IMG/VR virus record: IMGVR_UViG_2778261036_000011
Reading direction: 5' to 3' (one strand)
Source of the DNA: a virus
Taxonomy: Duplodnaviria; Heunggongvirae; Uroviricota; Caudoviricetes
DNA: 14,400 nucleotides
The first letter of the stretch is position 1, and each line of letters begins with the position of its first letter. Positions 1-7,077 of this stretch are shown piece after piece. The notes below the pieces were generated by a model. The model was not told the DNA's origin. It did no database searches and saw only the letters and a program-made list of their open reading frames with translations. The position numbers and the translations under genes are program-made.

Positions 1-168
1 GCTAATCGCATTAATTTCTGACGTAAACGCGGACAGCGCAGGCTGATTACGCAGTACCTGTTCGATCTTCGCTTTCTAGGAAGCCTCACATTCACCATCT
101 GCACAGGCCACCAGGTAGGCAGCATTAATAACCGCCTGTGCCAGATCGCGTTTCTCAAACTTTCCTTT
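1..168 (-). pseudogene. Gene fragment with in-frame amber stop, running off the left edge of the window
   Basis: Minus-strand translation gives ...PEKGKFEKRDLAQAVINAAYLVACADGECEAS-(TAG)-KAKIEQVLRNQPALSAFTSEINAIS, protein-like on both sides of the stop codon at 76..78. No start codon after the upstream TAA. Family not recognised with confidence. Confidence 0.25.
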
Positions 169-277
169 TTCCGGTTAACGTGACACACCAATAACTCTTG
201 TCGAAAAAGCCAGCAAGCTGAAAGACAGGTATTCACCGCCACCAGCACGTTTACTGTACTGGACCGATTTCAGCCAT

Positions 278-301
278 AAAAAACCCGCTCGCGGCGGGTT
301 T
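278..301 (-). terminator. Candidate rho-independent terminator (minus-strand orientation)
   Basis: Inverted repeat aaacccgc / gcgggttt (281..288 and 294..301) with a 5-nt loop. On the minus strand the stem is followed by a 6-T run (complement of a278..a283); on the plus strand only 3 T. Confidence 0.4.
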
Positions 302-419
302 AAGCTGTGTGGCGAAGTAACCACTCTTAACACGATATAATACTTTTTGCGTACGCGTTAGGATTTTTATAAACTATGCGTCCCCATTCTCGCTATCTTT
401 AGTCGGTCCTGGAATACAC

Positions 420-1346
420 ATGAAAGTTAGAAGCATAGGGTTTACAATAAATAACAATAACAAAAATATTAATACCGTTGACGTAATGAATGCTTTTATC
501 AACGCATCAAACAGAGAACACAGTCGCACAGACTATACTCGTAAAATTCTCATTTCGGATGTGAATGATTTCTATTATGGATTAGTTGTCACATTCAGAA
601 ACCAAAAAAAGAACTGTAAGTCGCAATTTGTTGATGGTAAATTCCAGCTTAAAATTGAAGATCTTCAAGGAAGTGACAAACTTGCTAATTTCAACTTTTT
701 CTTAATTAAAAAATCTAATCTTTCTGGTCTCTATATGTATCACCACGGTTCATGCAGTCTGAACACTCTCTTTTCTCATTTAGAAACAATAAGTAATGAA
801 TTTATCAGAAATCAAAATAAAGAAGAAATAAAAAAACTTGGTGATAAACCAAAACAAAAAGAAGTAACTGCAATAAATAAAAAATACAAAGAAAGACTGA
901 CTTTCAGCCTTATGACAAATAAAAACAACATTCAGAGTGTTTTATGTCAATTCAAAGAGATTAAAAGCACAAGCTTTAAATTTAATTATATAGATTTTAA
1001 AGGTGGACCAATGACTGCGCTTGAACAATTTGTTAACACCACCACAATAGATATGAATTTTAATTCTAGCGACAGAACAAAAGTGCAACAACTATCTCAG
1101 AATCTTTCAAATATTTATAATTCTATGAGTGGAGTTGCTAAAGCACAGGTTATTGCAGTAAACCATGCAGGAATAGAAAAAACCATTGATTTTATGAACT
1201 GCCCTGTTTTTTTTGAAACATACGATTTCGATATAATTGCCGATAAAGTCAATGGATTGACAAACGATAATTATACAACAAACCCTGTTTTTGATATGAT
1301 AAAAGAAGAAATGCTGAACGGGACGAATAAAAATGCCTTTATATGA
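420..1346 (+). CDS. Hypothetical protein, 308 aa, A+T-rich foreign gene (cassette gene 1)
   Basis: Long ORF whose composition shifts abruptly to low G+C at about 420; Asn/Lys-rich, no transmembrane segment, no motif I recognise. Overlaps the next ORF by 14 nt. Confidence 0.6.
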   Translation: MKVRSIGFTINNNNKNINTVDVMNAFINASNREHSRTDYTRKILISDVNDFYYGLVVTFRNQKKNCKSQFVDGKFQLKIEDLQGSDKLANFNFFLIKKSNLSGLYMYHHGSCSLNTLFSHLETISNEFIRNQNKEEIKKLGDKPKQKEVTAINKKYKERLTFSLMTNKNNIQSVLCQFKEIKSTSFKFNYIDFKGGPMTALEQFVNTTTIDMNFNSSDRTKVQQLSQNLSNIYNSMSGVAKAQVIAVNHAGIEKTIDFMNCPVFFETYDFDIIADKVNGLTNDNYTTNPVFDMIKEEMLNGTNKNAFI

Positions 1347-1881
1347 ATGGCTAATAAATAAAAGATTGAGGTATCAGTACCTTACACTGCTTGCATTCTC
1401 GATCCTGGCATTGCTTGCACTTTACCTATTGTACAGAAACACACCTAAAGTAAGTGTTAACTTTTTTGATTTTTATCATAAAAACTTACGAGGCTATCTC
1501 TTCTCCGGTTTTATTTCCGTGGGCTCATTTTTATTGAGCCTGCATACCTTTGTCATAATAAATTTACGCGATAAGGTTTTTGCAACTCAGGAATATAAGG
1601 AAATTTATAGCATTGCCACTGGTATACCTATTGACAAAATCAATGATAGTGTACTTTATAAACCTTTAGACAATTTATCCTCATTTATTAATACATCAAT
1701 ATTATGTTCTATCACAACAGCAATTGCACAATTCACTATTGGACTTTCAACTAATTTATATGCATGCTTATTTTGCGTATGGCTTGCAATACTAACGGTA
1801 TTTCTTTTATTACATTGCCTCATCATAATCAGACAAAATATTAAAATTTTATTAAAGCAACAGAGAAAAAAAGGGGGGTAA
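1333..1881 (+). CDS. Small integral membrane protein, 182 aa, about 4 predicted TM helices (cassette gene 2)
   Basis: Four hydrophobic stretches (YLTLLAFSILALLALYLLY, GYLFSGFISVGSFLLSLHTFVII, ILCSITTAIAQFTIGL, LYACLFCVWLAILTVFLLLHCLIII) and a basic C-terminus (RQNIKILLKQQRKK). ATG at 1333 overlaps gene 1 stop (1344..1346). Same low G+C. Confidence 0.6.
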   Translation: MPLYEWLINKRLRYQYLTLLAFSILALLALYLLYRNTPKVSVNFFDFYHKNLRGYLFSGFISVGSFLLSLHTFVIINLRDKVFATQEYKEIYSIATGIPIDKINDSVLYKPLDNLSSFINTSILCSITTAIAQFTIGLSTNLYACLFCVWLAILTVFLLLHCLIIIRQNIKILLKQQRKKGG

Positions 1882-1890
1882 TTCCCCCTA
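1866..1890 (-). terminator. Strong intrinsic terminator between convergent genes
   Basis: GGGGG(1874..1878)-taatt-CCCCC(1884..1888). On the minus strand the stem is followed by a 7-T run (complement of a1866..a1872). Sits 6 nt after the Q-like stop and overlaps the stop codon of the cassette membrane gene. Confidence 0.6.
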
Positions 1891-1893
1891 ATA

Positions 1894-2235
1894 TTACAAC
1901 ATTGAAAGCACACCATCCAGAAAACCAAGAGCTGTTTGCAACTCTTTTCTTATTGTCCCATCAGAACACTTCTGCTTCTTTGCAATAGTTCTTAGTGAGA
2001 TGCCGATAACAAAATGAGCAATAACCAACTCATACTCTTCGGGCTTATATTTCCGCAATCGCGCAACACAGCTGTCAATCATGATTCCTTCATCATCATC
2101 GCATTGTTGGCGTGTTTTCTTTCCATGAGGTAGTAAACCTTTAAACCCTGCAGCAACAGGCTGCCAGTCCACACCACTGTTATCTGCTGCAGCCCATGCA
2201 CCCCAGCGGTCCAATACTTCATACATATCACGCAT
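1894..2235 (-). CDS. Q-type late-gene antiterminator (short QuuD-like family)
   Basis: Start chosen at the ATG giving MRDMYEVLDRWGAWAA...AAGFKGL...CDDD...CVARLRKY, which matches my recollection of the DLP12 QuuD sequence; this is recollection, not a search. Follows the nin-region genes as Q does in lambdoid phages. The ORF track extends to a TTG at 2250. Confidence 0.55.
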   Translation of the reverse strand: MRDMYEVLDRWGAWAAADNSGVDWQPVAAGFKGLLPHGKKTRQQCDDDEGIMIDSCVARLRKYKPEEYELVIAHFVIGISLRTIAKKQKCSDGTIRKELQTALGFLDGVLSML

Positions 2236-2252
2236 CAACTTTCTCCACAAAA

Positions 2253-3248
2253 TCAGGCCAGCACGCCAATTGCCAGTGCACGATCGATAAAACGAAATAT
2301 CAGCTCCAGCTGGGAGCCATACTTCTCTTCAAATGCCACGGTATCCGCATGCAGTTCGTCATGGTGTTTTCTGCACAAAGGCAACACAAAAAGGTCATGC
2401 GCTTTTGTACCCATTCCACCCTGACCATGACCAATCAGGTGATGAGGATCGTCGGCTGGCTTACCACAACATGCACACGGCTGCGTCTTAACCCAGCGCG
2501 TGTACTTTTCATTAACCCAGCGGCGACGTTTTGGGCGTAACATAAAAGACTCCGGCGACTCCGGATCCACTTTCAGCGCCAGCACCTTTTTCGCCTTATC
2601 CTGGATGATGCTGGTGGCAGGAACCGAAGGCACAAGGTCACTTTCCCGGGTGACAGACGGCACAACAGGCTTCGGTAATCTCAGTGCCTTACGGGCTGCA
2701 CTTTCCGGTAAGGCATCCGCCAGATCATTACGAATCAGCCACCAGCACAGTTCCGGCATTGTCACAACGTGACTGTCATCAAAACCGAGATCACGGCGCA
2801 CAACAGATAACACCCAGCGGGCACAGTTATCCGTTGCCATTGATTCCAGCCGTTCCGTGAACTGATCGCGCAGCTGGTTATCGCAGTGCCAGCACAGACG
2901 GATTGCACCCGGAGCGTGTCGCATTGTGGTCATGTTCTCGCTGTGCCAGTCGGAATGAAGCCACTGGCAGCCTTTTTCACGAAGTAACCAGCTTTCAAGA
3001 CATTCCACGCCACCAGCACGACGGATCACTGCCTCATTGCGGAACACGGCCCGAACGGAAGGATCATCCGCCAGCGGTTGTGATGCCGCCGGAACGGCAC
3101 CACTAGCGAAAGATGAATAACGTTCCGGCTCAGGCTCCAGCAGGACACGCCCCTGCATAAACAGGGGCATCAGCTCTGAACCTGGCCTGAACAATACGAT
3201 CCCCATACGCGGGGCAATTTCAGGGGTCAGTAGTGCTCTCACGGTCAC
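2253..3248 (-). CDS. DUF968-type protein with C-terminal HNH-like zinc-finger motif
   Basis: 331 aa; C-terminus CACCGKPADDPHHLIGHGQGG...LCRKHHDELH fits a C-x2-C...HH...H HNH pattern; position and size fit the DUF968 family of lambdoid nin regions. GTG start at 3246..3248. Confidence 0.55.
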   Translation of the reverse strand: MTVRALLTPEIAPRMGIVLFRPGSELMPLFMQGRVLLEPEPERYSSFASGAVPAASQPLADDPSVRAVFRNEAVIRRAGGVECLESWLLREKGCQWLHSDWHSENMTTMRHAPGAIRLCWHCDNQLRDQFTERLESMATDNCARWVLSVVRRDLGFDDSHVVTMPELCWWLIRNDLADALPESAARKALRLPKPVVPSVTRESDLVPSVPATSIIQDKAKKVLALKVDPESPESFMLRPKRRRWVNEKYTRWVKTQPCACCGKPADDPHHLIGHGQGGMGTKAHDLFVLPLCRKHHDELHADTVAFEEKYGSQLELIFRFIDRALAIGVLA

Positions 3249-3249
3249 C

Positions 3250-4065
3250 TCAATGAACGGTATCGAGCAGCTTTAACAGCTCAGGGAATCGGGATTCGAA
3301 GAAATGCGGCTGCGTCTCGCGCGGATTTGCGGGACTGGTGATGTTCTTGCCGAACATGCAGCCTTTCGCCGTCAGCGACCAGAATTTTTTGATGTTGTTA
3401 ATCCCGGTACGGCTGTATCGTTCGCGCTGCTCGACGATCCCCAGCTTCACCATCTGGTGATATGCCTGATTAGCCGTCAGGCGGATACCATACTGCTTCA
3501 GCAGTGCACTCAGCGACAGCGTAGGGCGGCTTGAACCATCTGGCGCATCAGCAGGTGCATCAATGGCATAGATCGGCATAAGTTCAGGAAGACCAGCTAC
3601 CTTTGATAATTTCTGGTATGCACCAAGTTTCGAGGAGTTTGACAGATTTAGAGTCTTTGCTGCTGATTCAAGCAGAATGACCCCGGATTTAATTTTGTCG
3701 GATGTGGTTTCTTCTGGTGATGAATTATGAAGCGCATCAAAAGTACGTATCACTTTTAAGCTGAATGCCGGGCTGATCCACATTGCATATGCATAGACCA
3801 GCTCTTTACAGACATACGTCCCACCATTGCGCCCCTGAATGGTGATGACAGGAATACTACGGGAATCTCCCGTAGTTTCTTCTTCCAGTAATTCCACAAG
3901 AGCCTTCGTTTCAGGACGACGCATAAACTCGTGAACTTCCAGCGAACGGGAGGAGCGATTCTCACCAGCGGCAAGAAGAGCAGCTTTCTGAAGGTCGTTA
4001 AGACAGTAGTTAGATTCAAAGTACTGGCGCACAGAAACGCCATCAATTACAAGCAACTGATTCAT
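3250..4065 (-). CDS. KilA-N domain protein (Bro/antirepressor-like) with uncharacterised C-terminal domain
   Basis: N-terminal region (LLVIDGVSVRQYF...NYCLNDLQKAA...ITIQGRNGGTYVCKELVYAYAMWISPAFSLKV) matches the KilA-N signature. Start placed at the internal ATG (4063..4065), which has a GGAG ribosome-binding site about 9 nt upstream; the track ORF runs to 4161. Confidence 0.7.
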   Translation of the reverse strand: MNQLLVIDGVSVRQYFESNYCLNDLQKAALLAAGENRSSRSLEVHEFMRRPETKALVELLEEETTGDSRSIPVITIQGRNGGTYVCKELVYAYAMWISPAFSLKVIRTFDALHNSSPEETTSDKIKSGVILLESAAKTLNLSNSSKLGAYQKLSKVAGLPELMPIYAIDAPADAPDGSSRPTLSLSALLKQYGIRLTANQAYHQMVKLGIVEQRERYSRTGINNIKKFWSLTAKGCMFGKNITSPANPRETQPHFFESRFPELLKLLDTVH

Positions 4066-4151
4066 TGGTTTCTCCACAAATTTCGGGACTGCACTCCCTT
4101 TTCGTTGATGCAAGATGAACTTACTGCGATTTTTAATAGTTATCAAGGATA

Positions 4152-4171
4152 CACTGTTCATAAATACAGTA
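4152..4171. promoter_or_regulatory. SOS box (LexA operator) in the KilA-N gene promoter
   Basis: cACTGTtcataaatACAGta fits CTGT-N8-ACAG, about 16/20 to the E. coli consensus TACTGTATATATATACAGTA. Lies just downstream of a minus-strand promoter candidate (-35 TTGAGC at 4206..4211, 17-bp spacer, -10 TATTAC at 4183..4188). Confidence 0.55.
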
Positions 4172-4216
4172 TCTTTAACGAGGTAATACCCAAATTTAGG
4201 GTGTTGCTCAATTCCG

Positions 4217-4612
4217 TTACCGAGTTGCTAATTTGCAACTCGCTTTTTCGTACTTACTGATAGTGATCTCGACCTTCCCTTCCGGGATAACCGGTCCCCA
4301 CTCCACCAGCATTCTTTTCACCTGACTGTCGTCTTCCCACACACCCGCGTGGGTCAGGGCGTCAAACAGCGCCTTGTTATAGTTGTCCAGATCGCGGATC
4401 CGGTTATCCGGAGGAAACAACACGATCTCCACTGATGCAGGTGCCGACGTTGGTTTTGGCAGACGACGTAACTGCTCAACTATTGCTGCACACGCCGCGC
4501 TCTGGAATTTGCGCCCCGCCGCGCTTATCAGGCTCTTACCAGCAAACGCCCCTTTGTTGGGGTGTCGCCAGTACGTGTTCACGCTGGGCGGAAAAGGCAG
4601 GATCAGCTTCAT
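4217..4612 (-). CDS. rusA: RusA Holliday-junction resolvase
   Basis: 131 aa; LPFPPSVNTYWRH...RDLDNYNKALFDALTHAGVWEDDSQV matches the RusA signature including the catalytic acidic residues; typical nin-region position. Start overlaps the upstream stop (ATGA). Confidence 0.85.
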   Translation of the reverse strand: MKLILPFPPSVNTYWRHPNKGAFAGKSLISAAGRKFQSAACAAIVEQLRRLPKPTSAPASVEIVLFPPDNRIRDLDNYNKALFDALTHAGVWEDDSQVKRMLVEWGPVIPEGKVEITISKYEKASCKLATR

Positions 4613-4935
4613 ACTTTCAGGCCCCTCTCATGTAACCAGTGGGTTGCACGCAGCCTTGCGTTTTCCTCACCGGCAAGCAGTGAGTGGATAATCCCGACCG
4701 CCTCGCTGTCGTCGTCCTTCACCGCGGTATGAAGCGTTATCCCCCGGGCCACGCCACGCTTTATCGTGATGACGCCTTTTTTCTCCAGTGCGCGAAGATG
4801 CTCTACCGCTGCATTCACTGAACGGTATCCCAGCATGGTTGCCACCTCCTGATTGGTTGGCGGAAAGCCACGCTCTTTCTGATAAGAAATCAGCATATCC
4901 AGCACCTGCTGCTGGCATTGAGTTAATGTCGTCAT
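4609..4935 (-). CDS. LexA N-terminal DNA-binding-domain-only protein (no S24 peptidase domain)
   Basis: 108 aa; MTTLTQCQQQVLDMLISYQKERGFPPTNQEVATMLGYRSVNAAVEHLRALEKKGVITIKRGVARGITL aligns residue-for-residue with E. coli LexA 1..70 (MKALTARQQEVFDLI...[36 protein letters not shown]...SRGIRL). The C-terminal 35 aa have no Ala-Gly cleavage site or Ser/Lys dyad. Confidence 0.75.
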   Translation of the reverse strand: MTTLTQCQQQVLDMLISYQKERGFPPTNQEVATMLGYRSVNAAVEHLRALEKKGVITIKRGVARGITLHTAVKDDDSEAVGIIHSLLAGEENARLRATHWLHERGLKV

Positions 4936-5585
4936 GCCGCCATCTCCCTGACCAGTTTTTCCGCCTGCTGGCGAACCTGCGCCAGAAACGCCTCACCACA
5001 TGCCTCAAGTTCATCGCGCCCAATGTAGCTGATTGCCGGTCCCTTCCAGGTCTTGTCAAAAACAGCAATAGCACCAGCGAAAAAAGCTCCTGTCGGTACC
5101 TGCTTCTCGTCTTTCGGGATAAACCAGACAGGCAGTTCAAAACCAATACGCCCGCGAATAAAAGTAATATGATCTGCATCTTCCGGCCACCACACTTCGC
5201 TGGTGGCAGCTTTGATCAGGAAAACATAGCGCCCGCCTTTATCACGCATGGCACTGGCATGCTTCATGATGTAACGCATGCCAGTGATGTATTTCCCCTC
5301 ATGCTGACTGGCGCGGCTGTATGGGGGATTACCAAAGGCAGCACCTTTAAGCTCCGCAAGACGTTCTGACCAGTCATGCGCCAGCGCGTTATCTTCCGCC
5401 GTGTAATACGCGGCACATTTGGCGTTATCACCGTCAGTAAACAGATCCAGAACAAACGGGCCAAACAGGGTGTTAATTCCCCAGAAAATGTTGTCCGGCG
5501 TGCGCCACTGATCGCCCACTTCCTTCAGTTCATGGGCTGGTTTGTTCCGCAGTTCCACCAGCGCCTGGCAATATTTATTACTCAT
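4932..5585 (-). CDS. Phage DNA N6-adenine methyltransferase (orphan, Dam-like)
   Basis: Contains the NPPY catalytic motif (AAFGNPPYS) of N6-adenine methyltransferases. Start at ATG 5583..5585 shares one nucleotide with the upstream stop (TAATG); an in-frame start at 5618 is less likely. Confidence 0.8.
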   Translation of the reverse strand: MSNKYCQALVELRNKPAHELKEVGDQWRTPDNIFWGINTLFGPFVLDLFTDGDNAKCAAYYTAEDNALAHDWSERLAELKGAAFGNPPYSRASQHEGKYITGMRYIMKHASAMRDKGGRYVFLIKAATSEVWWPEDADHITFIRGRIGFELPVWFIPKDEKQVPTGAFFAGAIAVFDKTWKGPAISYIGRDELEACGEAFLAQVRQQAEKLVREMAA

Positions 5586-6079
5586 TAAGCCCCCACGTAA
5601 TTCCCTGACAGATACCACTCTTCACCCGATGCAGCGCGCTTGCTGCTTTTCCGTAAGCACCGCTCACGACGCGCCAGAAAATTGTTTTGTTCTGGCTGGG
5701 AGTGGCTTTCACGGAATGCCGCCATCCACACGGTTGCAGCACGACGGTATAAGCCCCTGGACTCCAGTTCTTCAGCCTGGCGGGTCAGGCACAAAATCAC
5801 CCGTGGATCGTTAGTGCCGACATAGAAATTGCGCACAGGTCTGGTTTCTCGAACTGGTTGTGGTTCCGGTTCCTGCGCTCTCTCAGTCAGGCGCGGGAAA
5901 TGTCTGCGTGTATCTCCTTCACAACGGTGAGCCACACGCCCACTCTGACGTAACTTGCTTGCTGACTGCAGAACGCGCTGCCGTGAGTAACCTGCAAAAG
6001 CATCCGCAATGTCTCCGGAAGTACACCCCGGATGGGCTTCAATGAATTTCTGAACTTCATTCAAAAGACTCATGATCAC
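5585..6079 (-). CDS. Putative regulator with PerC-like C-terminal motif
   Basis: 164 aa; C-terminal AEELESRGLYRRAATVWMAAF resembles the PerC/Pch GLWRRAA motif as I recall it. Start overlaps the O-like stop (ATGA). Confidence 0.4.
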   Translation of the reverse strand: MIMSLLNEVQKFIEAHPGCTSGDIADAFAGYSRQRVLQSASKLRQSGRVAHRCEGDTRRHFPRLTERAQEPEPQPVRETRPVRNFYVGTNDPRVILCLTRQAEELESRGLYRRAATVWMAAFRESHSQPEQNNFLARRERCLRKSSKRAASGEEWYLSGNYVGA

Positions 6080-7068
6080 CCCCTGAATCCTGCCGGGATC
6101 TGGCTGTAGTCCACGTTGTCGTAACTGGACTTGAAGTACGGGTCTTCGCGTTTTTCGGTGTACGTGCTGACGGACGGCGATAAGCGCAGGGAAAGCTCAT
6201 CCCATTTTTCCCGCAGCTTCGACGGGCTGAGCACGTTACGGCACCAGAACGGATCGCGGCTGACGCGGCAGTACATCTCGCAGATTTGTTTGTGAGTACG
6301 CCCATCCTGTACACACATCAGGCGAATTTCGTTTGCCCAGGCTGTCCAGTTCGGTTCTTTAGGACGTACCACTTCGCCGTCACATTCGGCGGCCTGCTCG
6401 TACAGAGCGATGATTTTTTTCCAGAGCCACTGTGCGCAGGTCAAATCATCCTGCGTTCCCCACTGGCGCTTTTTAGGGCTGAATACAACCGCATCAGGAT
6501 GGCGAGTTAAAAAATCCTGTTCAGCCATCTGCGTGTCCGGTTGCGAAGCGTCCGGACGAGAAGAGGTTTTATTCTCTGTAGTAATCTCTGTTGTATTCTC
6601 TGTAAGATCATTGGGCCATTTTGACCCGATGACAGCGTGTCGTTTTGAACCAATGGATCGTGTCATTTTGCGCCCATCCATCAGGTCACTTTGACCCGAT
6701 GGAGAAGTGCATTTTGACCTAATGGATTCGTTCACTTTGACCTCTTCTAAAAGCTCACTTTCATAGTTGATCGTGTAGAAGTTGGTCATGTCACGCTTCG
6801 ATTTATTGAGTTGCTCGCGACGCAAAACCCCAAGTGATTTCAGGCTTGCAAATGTGCGTTTCAGAGTGGACTCTGACCAGAACGGAAACTGCTCCAGCCA
6901 CTGTTCTGTCGTGTTATAAACCCAGCGAATTCCGCCATGCTCAGTGCCGGAATTCGTTTCATTCAGCCAGTAATGAAGCTGCTGCAACACAATTGCCTCA
7001 TTCAGACCAATACGGCATGCAAGATCACGATTTATCACAATGGGCTGGGATGTCATTAACAGGCTCAT
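6076..7068 (-). CDS. Replication initiation protein (lambda O-like) with iterons embedded in its linker
   Basis: 330 aa; N-terminal winged-helix-like region (LNEAIVLQQLHYWLNE...), repetitive linker encoded by the iterons (LTENTTEITTENKT...SKRHAVIGSKWPNDL), and a Trp-rich C-terminal domain. GAGG ribosome-binding site before ATG 7068. Confidence 0.65.
   Translation of the reverse strand: MSLLMTSQPIVINRDLACRIGLNEAIVLQQLHYWLNETNSGTEHGGIRWVYNTTEQWLEQFPFWSESTLKRTFASLKSLGVLRREQLNKSKRDMTNFYTINYESELLEEVKVNESIRSKCTSPSGQSDLMDGRKMTRSIGSKRHAVIGSKWPNDLTENTTEITTENKTSSRPDASQPDTQMAEQDFLTRHPDAVVFSPKKRQWGTQDDLTCAQWLWKKIIALYEQAAECDGEVVRPKEPNWTAWANEIRLMCVQDGRTHKQICEMYCRVSRDPFWCRNVLSPSKLREKWDELSLRLSPSVSTYTEKREDPYFKSSYDNVDYSQIPAGFRG
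6572..6747. repeat. Phage origin of replication: six 23-bp-periodic iterons plus three 12-bp-periodic repeats
   Basis: Iterons cattttgacccgatg(6617), cgttttgaaccaatgg(6641), cattttgcgcccatcc(6664), cactttgacccgatgg(6687), cattttgacctaatgg(6710), cactttgacctcttc(6733). Adjacent TCTCTGT(A/T) repeats at 6573, 6585, 6597. All lie inside the O-like coding sequence, as in lambda. Confidence 0.7.
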
Positions 7069-7077
7069 GACCGACCT

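Noticed and set aside
1656-1928. 90 aa minus-strand ORF overlapping the cassette membrane gene and the Q terminator
   Set aside because: Antisense to a well-supported ORF in A+T-rich DNA where random ORFs are common; Cys-rich, low-complexity translation; spans the terminator hairpin.
2196-3106. Plus-strand ORFs (114, 90 and 67 aa) inside the Q-like and DUF968 genes
   Set aside because: Antisense to coupled minus-strand genes with recognisable motifs; no ribosome-binding sites; typical shadow ORFs.
4222-4249. Hairpin gagttgc-taattt-gcaactc followed by TTTTT on the plus strand, inside the last codons of rusA
   Set aside because: It has terminator shape only on the plus strand, where there is no upstream gene to terminate; probably coincidental within coding sequence, though it could stop antisense transcription.
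3304-4260. ORFs 3304..3534 (+), 3756..4046 (-) and 3931..4260 (+) within or around the KilA-N gene
   Set aside because: They overlap the KilA-N reading frame, whose product carries a clear domain signature; the plus-strand ORF 3931..4260 also runs through the SOS-box promoter region.
4383-5464. Overlapping ORFs in alternative frames across rusA, the LexA-like gene and the methyltransferase
   Set aside because: The annotated frames carry recognisable RusA, LexA-domain and NPPY signatures; the alternative translations are Arg/Ser/Pro-rich products typical of off-frame translation.
5376-6314. ORFs 5376..5588, 5542..5814, 5640..5825, 5860..6045 (+) and 6057..6314 (-)
   Set aside because: Antisense or off-frame relative to the coupled methyltransferase, PerC-like and O-like genes; no independent support.
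6617-6747. Possibility that the direct repeats are a CRISPR array
   Set aside because: The repeats are 15-16 bp with a 23-bp period, are imperfect, have no spacer-sized unique segments, and sit inside a replication-initiator gene; they are iterons.
6286-7070. Plus-strand ORFs inside the O-like gene (6286..6510, 6410..6694, 6834..7070)
   Set aside because: Antisense to the O-like gene; 6410..6694 reads straight through the iteron array and reflects repeat periodicity, not coding.
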